Part shown: positions 23,390 to 35,654 of the stretch, piece by piece | Position numbering within the stretch: the first letter of the stretch is position 1 | How the letters are laid out: each line of letters starts with the position of its first letter | Assembly: GCA_025594325.1 (NCBI GenBank) | Contig: JANHCV010000006.1 | Span: forward strand, 1,674,001 to 1,738,000 | Length of the DNA: 64,000 nucleotides | Reading direction: 5' to 3' | Source: Blastocladiella emersonii ATCC 22665 | Taxonomy: Eukaryota; Fungi; Blastocladiomycota | Made by a program: the position numbers and the translations under genes | The notes under the pieces: generated by a model | Seen by the model: only the letters and a program-made list of their open reading frames with translations | Told to the model about the DNA's origin: nothing | The model's database searches: none

Positions 23390-25817
23390 ATGTCAACGTT
23401 TCGCCAGGACCTGCTCACGCGCAACAAGAATGGGCTGAGCACCGTCTGGTCCGTCTATAACGCGCGCCGCCGACCGCTTTAGTCCGCTAACCACACGCGA
23501 ACCGCGTAGGCTTGCGGCCACGCTCGGGCCCAAGGCCCACTACCGCCGCCTGTCCAAGAAGGCCCTCGCGTCCGTCAATGTGCCCCAGGCCTGGTGCGTG
23601 CTCCGAGTCCCGCTCCAGCGGCGCCGGAATCTGACGCGATTCTGCGTAGCGCCATCATCGAGGCCCCGCCCGAGCCGCTCGCCCTGCGGCTGACGGCCAA
23701 CCTGCTCGTCGGCGTCACCCGCGTCTACGGCCACCAGTACACCATGCACTACAGTACGCCCGCACGCCGCCGTCGTCTCGATTGGCTTGCCACCGCTCAC
23801 GCAACCGCTTCCCGCAGACGACGTCAACCACCTCATCCAGACGCTGCGCTTCATCCTCGCGTCGCACCGCCGCGACGAGGAGTTTATCAACCTCCAGGAG
23901 GCGACTAACCGGTGCGCTCACTTCTCGCTTCCCACTCGTCCACCCGCACGCGCTAACGCCGACTTCCGACCCTAGACTCGAGTCCATCACGCTCGACGCG
24001 GCGCAGGACATCAACATCTTCGAGCTCAGCCTGCTCCCGCCTCTGCCGCCGTCCTCCTTCCCGACCCCGCCACTCCTCCCCGGCTCGCCGGCCGTCCCCG
24101 AAGCCGAGCGCCGCCGCGCCGCCCCCTCGCCCGCCATCCTGCCGCCGCTCCCCGGCTTCGTCACCACGCCCACGCTCGGCGCCGACACGCTGCTCCCCGA
24201 GGCCGCCCTGTACCCTCGCCTGCCGTCCACGGGCCCGCGCCCGACCCCGCCGTCCGCGACCCGGCCCATCTCCCCGTTCGCCCACTTCCCGCCCGAGACC
24301 GACGAGGAGCGCATGCTCGAGGCTGCCTACGCCGCCGCCATGGAGGGCGTGCCCGAGCTCGACCTGGGGCTCGGGCTGCCCCCGTTCCCCGAGTACGAGG
24401 ACCAGTTTGGCGCTCCCGTCGACGCTGGGACGGCTGCTGCTGCTGCGACGGGTGCGCTGCCGCCGCCGCTCGGCTACCCGCCACTGCAGCCCGAGGGCAC
24501 GGGCTTCGAGCTGCCCGAGACCCCCCTCGCTCCTGTCTCGCCGCCGCGCGACGTCTTCGCGCCGCCTGTCCCCGCCGCCGGCGCGCCTGCTACTCGCCCG
24601 TTCGAGGAGGTCGAGGAAGAACTGGAACCCGGGGAGGAGCCCCGCCGCGCGCGCAAACGCCGCCGCGTCGCGCCGCTCATCGACACAGTGCTGCAGATCC
24701 CGATCGAGTCGTACCAGCACCCGCCGACGGAAACCGCCGCGTCGCGCCGCGCCGAGGCCGCGCGCATCGCCCGCGGGTTCGCCGCGCTCGCGAAACGCCT
24801 GCTCGCCGAACCGCTCATCGAGGGCCTCCCGTCGCCGCTCCGCGAAATGTGCGCCGTCCACGGCGTCGCGGCCGTCGCGCCCCCGCGGCCCGAGCAGGAG
24901 TTCGAGTTCGAGATCGGCGAGTCGCCCGTCCTCGCACCCGCCGCGGAGCTGGCCGCCGAGGTCTACCCGCCACCCCCGCCGTTCGAGGAGTACGGGTACC
25001 CCGAGCTAGACGTCGAGGCCGAGGCCGGGGCCCCGCGCGTGCCCGCGTCCGTCGAGATCGAGCGGGTGCGCGCCGAAACCGAGGTGTTCGAGCCGGAGCT
25101 CGTGGCCGGCGAGTTTCCGCCGCTCGAAGTGAGCCCCGCCGCGCCCGCGGAGCGGTTCCCGTGGCACCTCGACGAGTACGGACTCGGGCCCGGGACCGAG
25201 CGCCGCGCGACGCCGTCCGTCACGGGCTTGACGCCGCGCGGGCGCGAGTTTGTCACGCCGACTGGGTACGCTCACGCTGACTGTAGAGATGCGCGGGTGG
25301 GAGCTGATCGTTGTCCGTGTTCGCTCGTTCGTAGCCGCATCTCCATCTCGCCGGCTGTCCCGCCGCCCATCTCGCCGCTTGAGCCCGGCGCGCCTGGGCT
25401 CATGTTCGGTACCCCCACTCCCGCATCATCCATCCCTCCCGACCCCACCTCTAATCGCCGAACTGTGTAGAGGACCTCACGCCCGTCCCGTCCGTTTCGT
25501 CGGCGGTCGAGGCCGAGCGGTACACGGCGGCGGCGGACCGCGAGTCCGAGCAGTTCTTCGTGTACGTCGAGACGCTCATGGACGCCGAGGGCGCCACGTC
25601 GCTCAGCTTTGACGAACTCGTCGAGCCCGCGGGCCGCACGCGCGCGGCCGCGGCGCAGGCGTTCTTCCACGTTCTCGGTACGCGCGGAGCGGGTTTCACG
25701 CTAGTTCGTGGATGATGGCTGACACCTGTTGCTCGAATGGTAGCGCTAACGTCGCGAGGGCGCACGCGGGTCCGCCAGGAGCAGCCGTACGGGCCCATCG
25801 AGGTCATGCTCGCCTGA
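23390..25817 (+). CDS. REC8: Kleisin cohesin subunit, Rec8 type (multi-exon)
   Basis: N-terminal domain GLSTVW|LAATLG...SVNVPQAC...LALRLTANLLVGVTRVYGHQ. C-terminal winged helix AAQAFFHVL...VRQEQPYGPIEV. Pro/Glu-rich middle region. Confidence 0.75.
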
Positions 25818-25888
25818 CGGGCGCCGCTCGCTCGCACATTTGCGCTCGTTGCTCAGTAAATAAGTAATCTACGTTTTAATCGCACATA

Positions 25889-26954
25889 CTAGTTGGCTCG
25901 CTTCGCGGACGTCGTCGTCGGTGGCGCGGGAGCGAACAAGTCGATGACGGGCAGCGACTTCTTGCTCTCGCGCGCTGGCCGGGGCGCGGCGTCGACCTCG
26001 TCCGCCTTGACGGGCTCCTCGGTGGTCGCGGCGACCGCCACCTCGCCCTCAATTTCGGCCTCCTCGGCGACGATATCGAGGAGCAGGTCGAGCGACGTGT
26101 CGCGGCGCATGAACACGATCTTGGGCACCTCGTTCTTGCGCAGCTTGAGCTTGGCGCGGAGCGCCGACTTGACCGTCTTGGCCATGGCCTCGAGCTCGCC
26201 CACCATATAGTCCTACACACGTCCGCGGCGGCGCGCGAGTCAGTTCCACGCTTTCCGCGGATCTCAGCCGCTCCGAGCGGGCGTACGTTGTCGAGCATCA
26301 GCATCGCGCCCACGTCCTCGTTCGGCACCCACCAAACCGTGACGGTGCCAGCGACCGTGACGTCAACGCGGTCGACGCGCCACGCCTGCTCGCCGTCGCC
26401 GCCCACGCCAAACGTCGGGTCGTACAGGATGTCGTGGATCGCGCGCGACACGCGCTGCGCCATGCGTTTGGACGGCGGCCGCGAGTCGTCGTACTGCTGC
26501 GACCGGTTGCGCGACGGGGCCGCCGGGTTGGTCATGTCCATCTCGGGCTACGGGCGGACGATGGTGTAACCGACGGGAGGAAAGGAGGAAGAAGAGCGCA
26601 ACGTACGAATGCAGCGAGCTCGTTGAACCGCTCGAGCTTCTCCTCGCGCTTGACCTGGCGCTTCGACTTGAAAAAGTAGTGGTGGTACTTGCCCGGCAGG
26701 CTGAACTCGTCGACGACGGAGCGCAGGTCCGGGTTCGCGTCCACGGCGGCCTGGACTGGATAGGGACATGTCTATGAGCTCAGCAGCGGTCCTCACGAAG
26801 GTATCAGAGTCGAGAAAAGCCTACCGTGCTTGGGCAACCGCATCCACCGCCGCTGGACCGCGACGAGGTAGGGTGCCGTTCCCGTCGCCGCAACGGCGCG
26901 CGGCGGAGACCGCGCGAGGGCGAGGACCATGTGTCGAGCGGTTGATTGCATCAT
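25889..26954 (-). CDS. Putative mitochondrial ribosome-binding factor A-like protein (multi-exon)
   Basis: The spliced N-terminus is Arg/Ala-rich and lacks acidic residues, like a mitochondrial presequence (MMQSTARHMVLALARSPPR...). RMAQRVSRAIHDIL...RVDVT...VWW...LRAKLKLRKNEVPKIVF matches the RbfA KH-II pattern. Confidence 0.55.
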
Positions 26955-29900
26955 GTTAGAGCTTCATTCAAGTGGGGGCTAGCGCAGTCGTGAGGGAAGC
27001 GAGGGCCGCTCGGCCGTTTCGGCTCACCGCCGAGCCTCGCGAGCGGCTACTGCGACTTTGCGTCGCTTCACGTGCTCGTCATCCCGCCCGATCACTCGGT
27101 CGATCACGCGAGGATCATGCAGTGGAAATCAAGCAAAATTGTGAGGTCGCTCAGTGACGGCGCTCTTGCTTACTGCCGGCGACGGTGAACGCATGAATGG
27201 CCACGCGAGGTTGCGCTGGCCGCCGTGGACGTTGAGATGGACTTTGACCTTCCGCTTCAGCTGTTCGGAGGAAACTGCGACGAGAAGTACAGGATGAGAT
27301 TCTTCGGGCAAGGCTGGAATCGTGTCTGTGAAGATTATGGTGATGAACGGGCGGGCGAAAGTAACGTGCCAAACATTGAAGCGAGTACGAAAGATGCTAT
27401 CCTGCCGCGCTCGGTGTTGCATGAAGTATCCCAGGTACCGAACGCGGTTCGGCGGCTCTCGCCAGCAGGTTCACACTGTCCGCTCACTCGACCAATCCTG
27501 AGAACGCCCGCGCGCGCGGAGAAACGTCGCACTTGCAAGGCAGAGACAACGGCACCACGATTTCCACGGTTGGACGCGGCATTCTTGCTCCTTGTCGCTC
27601 GCTATCCTGTGGCACTTTGACGTTTAAACACACTTCAACCAATTCACGACTGCCGACTCTCCTTGTTCACATTGCAGGGGACAGAGATGTCTCCGCTGGG
27701 ATCACGTTCTGCTTGAGAATTAGGCAGCACCAACAGTGCTGACCGTAGCAGGAGCGGCCGCGAACGAACAGAAGGCAGCGGGTTGGGGCTACAACCATCA
27801 ACGCGGGAAGCAAACCTTGGTCGCCTTGACGAAATGAGTCATCTGTTGTCCAGATAGCACGAGAGGGCTCATTCGCCCAGCAAGAGGAGCGGCCATCGCT
27901 AGTGCATCAACCATGTAAATTGGGTGCGGAAGCTCCTCGCTGTACACAATTGATGGTACGCGTCACGGTTGGCTTTTTTAAAACCTCCTGAAGCAGGCAA
28001 AGCGGGGATACTGGCGAACGTACGCTCTAACGGCGCGAGTTGGTCACTACCGTGACGCGTTGCGCCACACACGTGCCCAGTTACCAGGGAAGGCAGCACT
28101 TTGCCTGCCGCTACTTGAGCCATTCCGCGGGACGCATTTACTGCTGTTCTAGTTGTAAATGACATGGTGTCACGAGGTCAAGTGTTCGTCGTCCAAGTCA
28201 CATCAGACGGTACGGTTGGTTCGCTCTCATTCGATTTCGCTGCGATTAACCTGGTTTGACCTCCTCCTACTGCTGTAGTGGTTGCTACGCCAACCCCGCA
28301 ACTACCATCGGAGTATCGCGTATTGTTATTCTGGGTCATCGCTCTAGGGTGTATTGACTTGCTACTTTTACGCATTAGTAACTCGCGGTGTAATTATCGC
28401 GATTGCGACTGGAATCCCATTTCAATGCGTCGCTTTCATCGGTGTCCTTATCGCCACTGCTGTGGTTGTCTTTGTGCACAGTTTGTTGTTTAAGAAAATA
28501 TGCTTTCCATAGGACCACCCTTGTTCGCGTGGCCGGTGCGTTTGTGAACACCCCGGGCCGCATCACGAACCTGAGCTCGACGTCGACGGGGTCCCCACGC
28601 GTTGCTCTTGAGCCTTGAAGCGGAACGGTACCTTGCAGGGCGGGACCAGCGTCAGAGCTCCGATGGCGATACGGCGCAAGCGTGCGCGGATCCGTTAAGT
28701 GATGAGCGCTCCTTTATTATGGCGCAACGGCATTGGTGTGAATGAGCACCACAAGATACGTTGCGCAGTAGGCACCCGCGCGAGCTAAGCGTACGACAAT
28801 ATCCAAGGATAGAAACGGGTCGTGTTTCCATGGATCATGGAATTGTTGATCAGCGACGGCAGGAGAACAAGAACGAGTGATTTCAAAGGTGAATTTGACT
28901 TTCCTTGGCTAACTTGCTCATAGGAGGCCTGAACGAGTTCCGTTCGCGTCAGGAAGCAGTCGCTCGGGCAGTACCTGCCGTTCTCCGCGCCAGCTTCAAG
29001 TACCGTACATGCAGCACAGCAACGTCATGTCACTAAAAGTTGTTGAGAGATAGGGGAGTGTGCCTTTTCAACCCTTGCCAACGAGCACGAACTCTTGTTT
29101 ACGCATTGATGCATGCGTTACTTCACGTGCGAGTCTGTGTCTTAGCCGAATTCGCCCACACCAGTGATTGGTCATGGGTGACGCGAGCAGTATGTATTCG
29201 TCGTGACCTTCATCAATCGGATGCAAATGAAGGGGCGTCCACGCGGCCCGCGGAGCTGCTCCTGTCCGTTCCGGCTTGCCCTCCGCCTCCATCAGCGACT
29301 TCAGCATCATCCCCATGGAGCTAGCTATCGATAATCAACGAAACGCATCCATGGACCACGTACGCCACAATCTCACTTCTTCCTGCATCCTTGATGTTGA
29401 CTCATCTTTGTAGGACGAGGTTCAGTCTAGCAGGGCTTGACGTCCACACGCGTTTCTGGTAGCCGCAAGTCGCATACATCCTCTAAAGTTTCGGCTGCAC
29501 CTGCAAAACATGAAATTCGGACCGTTCCCTCTCTGCGACTGTCTCAAGAAGCCTTGGCGGGTGAGAGCGTGTCCGTTGTTTCACTCTTGTGCAGGTTGAC
29601 GAAATCAAGGTTGTGCTGGGGGCGGCGGCCGTGCCTGCTGTTGAGCCCCCGCCGCGCGCGGGAAATGTTGCTCTGGATCGCCCTAATCCCTCTTGTTTTC
29701 TTCTTTAAAGTGCTAGGAACTTACGGAATAATCGTCGGAAGTATGTCCGGGCTCCCTTGCGCAGCCGTTCCCTTCCTTGGCTTGCTTGTTGTCGTTGTGT
29801 GTCTCTGGATCTTGGGTCTGTTGATGTTGCCCAGGAAATGGAATTCAGCAACTTTTGTGCCCGAGTGGCCAGGTGCTCAGCACACGTCGTATGGATGGCA

Positions 29901-30153
29901 GCGAAAGCTTGCACCTGGCTGCGAGTGTCGGGGTGCGTGACGCGAGACGCGATGGTCACACCACGTGGCCCTGCGCCACATCATGATCCGTGCCATTCGC
30001 AGCTGCTCAGCGACACACAGTTTGACGTACTGCGAAAGCGTGTATGTATATAACGGACGACGACAAAATCAACACAAAGGGGATGGACCTGGTACACACA
30101 CGCGAGTGGAACAAAACTCTCTCTCTCTCGCTTCGCTCTCCACGAGCTCTCAC

Positions 30154-32424
30154 CTACAGCTCAAAGAACGAGCGCTGGGGCACCTCGCCGCTCTGGACGC
30201 GGGCAGTCGCCGCCTGCTCGTCACCCGCCACCGCAGCAACGGGCCCGGCGAGGTCGACCGACTGCATCGTCGGGTCGTCGAATGGGTGGCTGATGCTGCC
30301 AATACTCCCCGAGCCGGCCGACGCGGACGCGTTACCGCTCTCCATGACCGCGACCGCCTCCGCCGCGACACGGCGCTTGCGCGCGTGGAACGCGGCGGCC
30401 ATAGCGGCGCCGACGACGGCGACGCCGCCGACGAGCGAGCCCACGAACACGGCGGCGGGGACGCCCTGGGTCTCGACGGCGGACGCGTCCTGGTCCTTGA
30501 GCGACGAGGCGGCCGACTGCGAGTCGTCGAGGTTGGCGCCGCCGTCGGCGTTGCGGTTGCCGCCGAACAGGGCGCCGCCGCCGAGGATCGGCTTGCCCGA
30601 GGCGCGCGCGCGCGCGTCGGCGACGGCCACGTTGGCGCCGGCGCCGGTCGCAGCCTCGTCGCCGAGCGTCGCGTCGGGGCGCACGCCGCCGGCGCCGACC
30701 ACGGGGATCACGTCGTCGCGCGACGCCGACGGGTTGGGCGTCTGCGAGGGCGCGGCCGAGGGGATGGTCGAGACGACCGACGAAGAGGCGGCGGCACCGG
30801 GCGACGCGGTGGTCGACGAGGGCGCCGACGGGATCGGGACCATGGTGGGCGAGTTGGGGTCAAACGGCATGGGCGGCTCCGAGGTGGTGGTCGGCTTGAT
30901 GACGGGGACGGGCGCGTCGGTCGCGGTGAGCGTGGGCGAGGCGGCCGCCGACGACGAGGCCGTCGGGCGCACGATCACGGGGCCGTCGGTCGGCGTAGCG
31001 ACGGGCGGGACGGTGAGCGTCGTCGACAGGGTCACGGACGAGCCGGCGCCGGGCGCCTGGGTGGGCACGGGGACGGGGAGCGGGGGCTCGGACGAGGCCG
31101 TGGTGTGGATCGGGTCGGGGACCGTCAGCGTCGACTTGGTCGGGGGCACCGTGAGCGTGACGGAGCCCGTGGCGGTCGGGACCGGGAGCGGCGGCTCGCT
31201 CGTGGCGGACGTGGGGACAGGGACCGGGACCGACGAAGTGCCGGTGGCGGGCTCCGAGGGAACGGGGACCACGGGGACGACGACGGGCGGGACGACCGTC
31301 GAGGTGGCGGTGGGGACGGGAGCCGGGGCCGACGACGAGGTGGTGGTGACGACGGGCGGGAGGGGCGTCGGGACGACGGGGACGACGGGCGGCGGGATCG
31401 CCGTGGTGATGGAGGTGACGGTCGGGCGCGGCGGCTCGACCGAGGTCTCGGTGGGGATCGGAGCGACAACGGGCGGCGGGAGCGGGACCGCCGTGGGCGA
31501 CGGGATCAGCGAGGTAGTCGAGACGGTCTCAGTGGCCGTGAAGGTCGGGCGGATGATGGAGATGATAGGGTCGATGAGCGTCGGGAGGGGCAGGAAGACC
31601 GACGACGACGTGGACGTGATGGTCGACGACGTCGAGGTGGCGCGCGGCGGCTCAACGACGACGGGCGGCGTCTGCGTGGGCTCGGGGTCCACGGTCGAGC
31701 GGGTCGGGACGGGGACCGTGCGCGAGACGACCGAGGTGGTCGTCGAGGTCGAGGTAGCCGGGTCGGTGAAGACCGGGGGCGGCAGCGGCACGTCCGTGGC
31801 AACGGGCGGCGGCAGCGGGATGTCGGTCACGATCGGGATGACCGTCGCCGACGACGAGGACGAGGACGAAGCGGTGGTCGGGATGGGGCGCACGATAGTG
31901 GGCTCCGAGGCGGTCAGCGACGGCAGGGGCGTCAGCGTGACGATGGGAGCGGTGCGGGTCACGGTCGTCGAGGAGGCCGAAGCCGAGACAGTCGTCGTCG
32001 AGGTCGACGAACGGGTGCGGCGGGTCGACGGGCGCGGGACGATGGCGGTGCCCGTGGGCGCAGCCGAGCGCGTCGCCGAGCGGGTCGCGGTACCCGTGGG
32101 GCGGGAGCGCGTAGCCGAGCGGGTCGCCGAGGCCGTGGCGGTGAAGGTGAAGATCGGGCGACGGGTGGCCGACGAGGACGAGGCCTCCTCGGTCTCGGTG
32201 GCGGCGGCGCGCGACGTGGTCGAGGCGGAAGTGGTCGTCGACGACGACGAGGACGAAACCTTGCCGCGAATCAGCTCGAGGGCCGAGTCGAGAATGTCGT
32301 CGCCGACGTTGACGGCCTGCGGGGCGGGGGCCGGGGCGGCCGACGCGGTGAGGGCGAGGCACGCCACGATGGCGAGCGAGGCCAGCACCGACGTCTTGGA
32401 CGGGGTAGTGCGGGCGGCGGTCAT
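30154..32424 (-). CDS. Type I membrane mucin-like Ser/Thr/Pro-rich surface protein
   Basis: Signal peptide (SVLASLAIVACLALTASA), about 600 aa of S/T/P/V-rich ectodomain, one TM helix (VFVGSLVGGVAVVGAAMAAAF), a basic stop-transfer HARKRR, and a short tail ending SFFEL. Confidence 0.8.
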   Translation of the reverse strand: MTAARTTPSKTSVLASLAIVACLALTASAAPAPAPQAVNVGDDILDSALELIRGKVSSSSSSTTTSASTTSRAAATETEEASSSSATRRPIFTFTATASATRSATRSRPTGTATRSATRSAAPTGTAIVPRPSTRRTRSSTSTTTVSASASSTTVTRTAPIVTLTPLPSLTASEPTIVRPIPTTASSSSSSSATVIPIVTDIPLPPPVATDVPLPPPVFTDPATSTSTTTSVVSRTVPVPTRSTVDPEPTQTPPVVVEPPRATSTSSTITSTSSSVFLPLPTLIDPIISIIRPTFTATETVSTTSLIPSPTAVPLPPPVVAPIPTETSVEPPRPTVTSITTAIPPPVVPVVPTPLPPVVTTTSSSAPAPVPTATSTVVPPVVVPVVPVPSEPATGTSSVPVPVPTSATSEPPLPVPTATGSVTLTVPPTKSTLTVPDPIHTTASSEPPLPVPVPTQAPGAGSSVTLSTTLTVPPVATPTDGPVIVRPTASSSAAASPTLTATDAPVPVIKPTTTSEPPMPFDPNSPTMVPIPSAPSSTTASPGAAASSSVVSTIPSAAPSQTPNPSASRDDVIPVVGAGGVRPDATLGDEAATGAGANVAVADARARASGKPILGGGALFGGNRNADGGANLDDSQSAASSLKDQDASAVETQGVPAAVFVGSLVGGVAVVGAAMAAAFHARKRRVAAEAVAVMESGNASASAGSGSIGSISHPFDDPTMQSVDLAGPVAAVAGDEQAATARVQSGEVPQRSFFEL

Positions 32425-33766
32425 GGTTGTAGCAAGGCAGCCGTCTAGGGGGAAGGTCTATGGGTGCGGCGGGGAAGCGAGGGCCTTCACGGTCGAGCCA
32501 GCGTGATGATGGTGGCGGAAGCGAGCGGGGTGTGGTCTATGTGGCGATGCCTCGAGGCGACGGCGTGGGCGTTGCTCCTACTGCGGTGGCCGGGGCGTGA
32601 GCGTGGGGTGAGCGGAGGGCGACGTGGGCGAGCGGAAGAGCGGCAGCGACGTCGTCAACATGGGCCGAGCAGAGCAGCGCGGCCAACACCGCCACGGCCG
32701 ACGCCGACGCCACACAAGGTGCCTCACGAACGACTGGCCCGCTCGGCACCTCGGGGCGAAGGCCATGGTCACGGCGGCCTGCAAGCCACGCCCGCTGCAC
32801 TCGGGGCGAGCAGGACGTCGCATTGCTGGCCGCGCATCGGGGGTCGCTGTCGCTGTCGCCAGCAAGAATAGATGGGGCGGCGAGGTCAGCAACGAAACCT
32901 ACGCACGGGAAACGGCAGGTCGGGTCGCAGCGGGCGTCGAGGTGGTGGCGTCGCCGTGGTTCTATCTATGACACACTCTTCGTCTCCTGGAGCGATGGTC
33001 CAAGGGGATGGCCGCGCGCTGTTCTTGACGGGAGAGAGAGGGGCGCCGGCGGGCGGGCGGCGGGGGTCGTTGAGGTGTGGCGGCGGCTCACGGCGATCGC
33101 GGAACCGGGCCTCCTCTTCGGGCCGCTTCGTCGCCTTCGCTCGCTCGCATCCCCCGCTGCCGCTGATTTTCCTCCCGTGAAGTTGCAACGCAGCGTCCAA
33201 GCGAGTGGGTGCGGCCGCTTGCTGGCAAGCAAGTTCATTGGTCGATGGGGCCCGGGTCACTGCCCGCGCCGCGGGGCTCATCAAAATCCCATCACACGCA
33301 GCCATCATCGCTCGAGTCCCCTCGCTGCGCCTCCGCCACGGTCAGCGAGTGCTTGCCGGCTTGCTTGAACAACCTACGCGCGTAAGCGCAAGTATTTCAT
33401 CTGGCCGGGCAAGCTCGTCGTCGTCTGTTCGACGACTGACATCAGGGTCGCGTCGGCGGCCGCGGCGGAGCAGGAGTCGCTTCCGTTTGAGGGCCTCAGT
33501 GGTGCAGGATGCTTCCTGCAAGTCAAGCATGCGGCGCAGCGCGTCCGCTTCAGGTCGCGAACGCGTCTGATGGTGGACCTGATGCTCAACGATTCGGTCG
33601 ACGAGCTCTACTCCGATAGCACACTGGAGGAGACATTGCAGAGGGAACAAGGGGGAAACGTGTATTGGAGACGCGCAGAGACCCCGGATCCTTCGTGCGC
33701 GCGCAGCTTACACGCACCGCATCGCACAAAAAAAGACGGCCAGCAGTCACCACCGCGAGACACACC

Positions 33767-34234
33767 TTACTGCTGGGTCTTGGGGCGGCGGGGGCGGTCG
33801 CCACGGTCGCGACGGGGGCCGCGGAAGTTGGCGCCAACGACACCGCGCTTCTCGTTCTCGCCGTGGGCGGTGACGGTGACGGTGCGGATGTGCGTGAGCT
33901 TGAGGTCGAGGGCCGACAGCAGGGCGGCAGTCTCCTGGTCGACAACGAGCTCGTTCTGCTCGAGGGCCGACACCTCGGGGACGTAGTTGTCCTTGCGCTC
34001 GCGCTCCTCCTCCTGGAGCTTGAACGAGATGCCGCGGACGGGACCCTTCTGAATGCGCTTCATCAGGTGCGTGGTGAAGCCGGCAATCTTGTTGCGCAGG
34101 CGCTTCGACGAGATGGTGGCGACCTCGGCGGCGACCTTCTTGTTCGACTGGAAGTCGAGCGTCAGACGAGGGTAGTACTTCTCGATCATGACGCGCGAGG
34201 CCTTCTTGACGGTCTTAGTGCGAACGCGACCCAT
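33767..34234 (-). CDS. RPS17: 40S ribosomal protein S17 (eS17), intronless
   Basis: [33 protein letters not shown]...[48 protein letters not shown]. Confidence 0.98.
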   Translation of the reverse strand: MGRVRTKTVKKASRVMIEKYYPRLTLDFQSNKKVAAEVATISSKRLRNKIAGFTTHLMKRIQKGPVRGISFKLQEEERERKDNYVPEVSALEQNELVVDQETAALLSALDLKLTHIRTVTVTAHGENEKRGVVGANFRGPRRDRGDRPRRPKTQQ

Positions 34235-35654
34235 TTTGTGTTCTAGCGGCGCAAGCGCGTGGAGGCGGTTAGCACAGCGCTCCGTTCCGCGAGTTCTCGA
34301 GAGCCGCCGTCACAGCGACGTCGTCCGAGCAGCACACCGGGAACGAGGAAAATGCGCGGATCTCAGCGGGAGCCACAATCTCACGACCAACCGACCGCCG
34401 TGAAGCCGATACGCAGAGTTCCACCACGGAAGCGGGACGGCACAACAGCACGCACGGCGCGAAAACCACAGGACCATAGTTTCGCCAGGGTGGCGAGACG
34501 CAGGTCATGCAGTCCGCGACGTCCGTGCCGTGCAGAGGCGAAATGGGCGGCCGTGCGTGTTTGGTAGCGGGCGGCACGGTGAGACCATCCGCGAGCAGCG
34601 GGCTCCAGCGGTGAAACGAGGGGTCCCCACCAGCTACCATCCGCACGGCGGGCGAGCATAACGCACACCCGGACGTGGAAGGGATCCAGTGCAGGGTCGT
34701 AGGTTCCCCCTGACGCTGGTGCGTGCGGTTGTCGGCGGCGGCGTAGGCGTAGGGTCGGTCGGTCGGTCGGCGCGGCGAGGTCGTGTGCTCCATCCATGCA
34801 TTTTCATCGGTCCGCGGTGCGCTCGCTCGGACGGCGCGCGGCGTCGCGGCGGCGAGCGGGCCAGCGGCGAGCAGTACATTTGTCGAATTCCAGGAAAATA
34901 ACGGGAAGAGACCGGACAGGGTTACGCCGAGCCTCCGTCACGTAACGCAACGAGACGGAGCGAAGTGGCGCATCGAACGCCACATTTGAGCCCCGTCACC
35001 TGACCCGCGACGCGTCTCCCCCCATGTCTCGCGCCCGGCACGCGTCGCGCCGCCCCGGCCGCGGCCCGCCCGTTCCACGCGGGCGGCCGTCCAAATGTTG
35101 GAGACGCGCGCGCGCGTGTCCCGCCGGTGCCCGTGTCCCGCCGGTGCCCGTGTCGACCACGTAAATGTCTCGCAGCCCGGCGGTGCGGCGCGCGCGCGCG
35201 TGCTGCTCGACCGGCTGGGCGCGCCCGCTCGCGCCGTGCCCCCAGTCCATAATCATCACGGACAGGCGTGCCCGGCCCCCGCGACTGCTTGCGTTCTGGC
35301 ATGAAGCTTTGTTTCGCGTGACCACTCGCACCCGACCACCTGCAACGACGATATCTACCCTCTCGCCGCCGCGCGGACCAACTCGACTCGACACACTCCG
35401 ACTGCGCCACCCCAAGTCGACGCGCCGCCGCCGCCGTCACGACTACACGTCGACCACCGCTCGAGATCCATATCCCCGCCGCCGCTTCCTCCCCCGCCTC
35501 GACCACTGGTCCCGCCCGGGCGACAGCGCTAGACGGACGGTAGACTCTATAGACGCCCTAGACGACGCACGCACGAGCTGGACTCGCGACGCGCACACTA
35601 CCCCCTCGCTCCCGCCTCCCCTCGACCGCGATACCTCCTCCCCCCGCCACCACC

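Noticed and set aside
29965-32506. Plus-strand ORFs of about 820 aa opposite the mucin-like gene
   Set aside because: Shadows of the repetitive S/T/P codons. The minus-strand frame has the signal peptide and TM helix.
33342-33650. 102-aa minus-strand ORF downstream of RPS17
   Set aside because: No recognisable motif, weak codon bias and no clear exon structure.
35116-35150. Short tandem duplications and microsatellites (gtgtcccgccggtgccc x2; ggtc repeats near 34752; cgcacaacc repeats near 41587)
   Set aside because: Too short and too few copies. This is ordinary slippage, with no CRISPR-like repeat-spacer periodicity.
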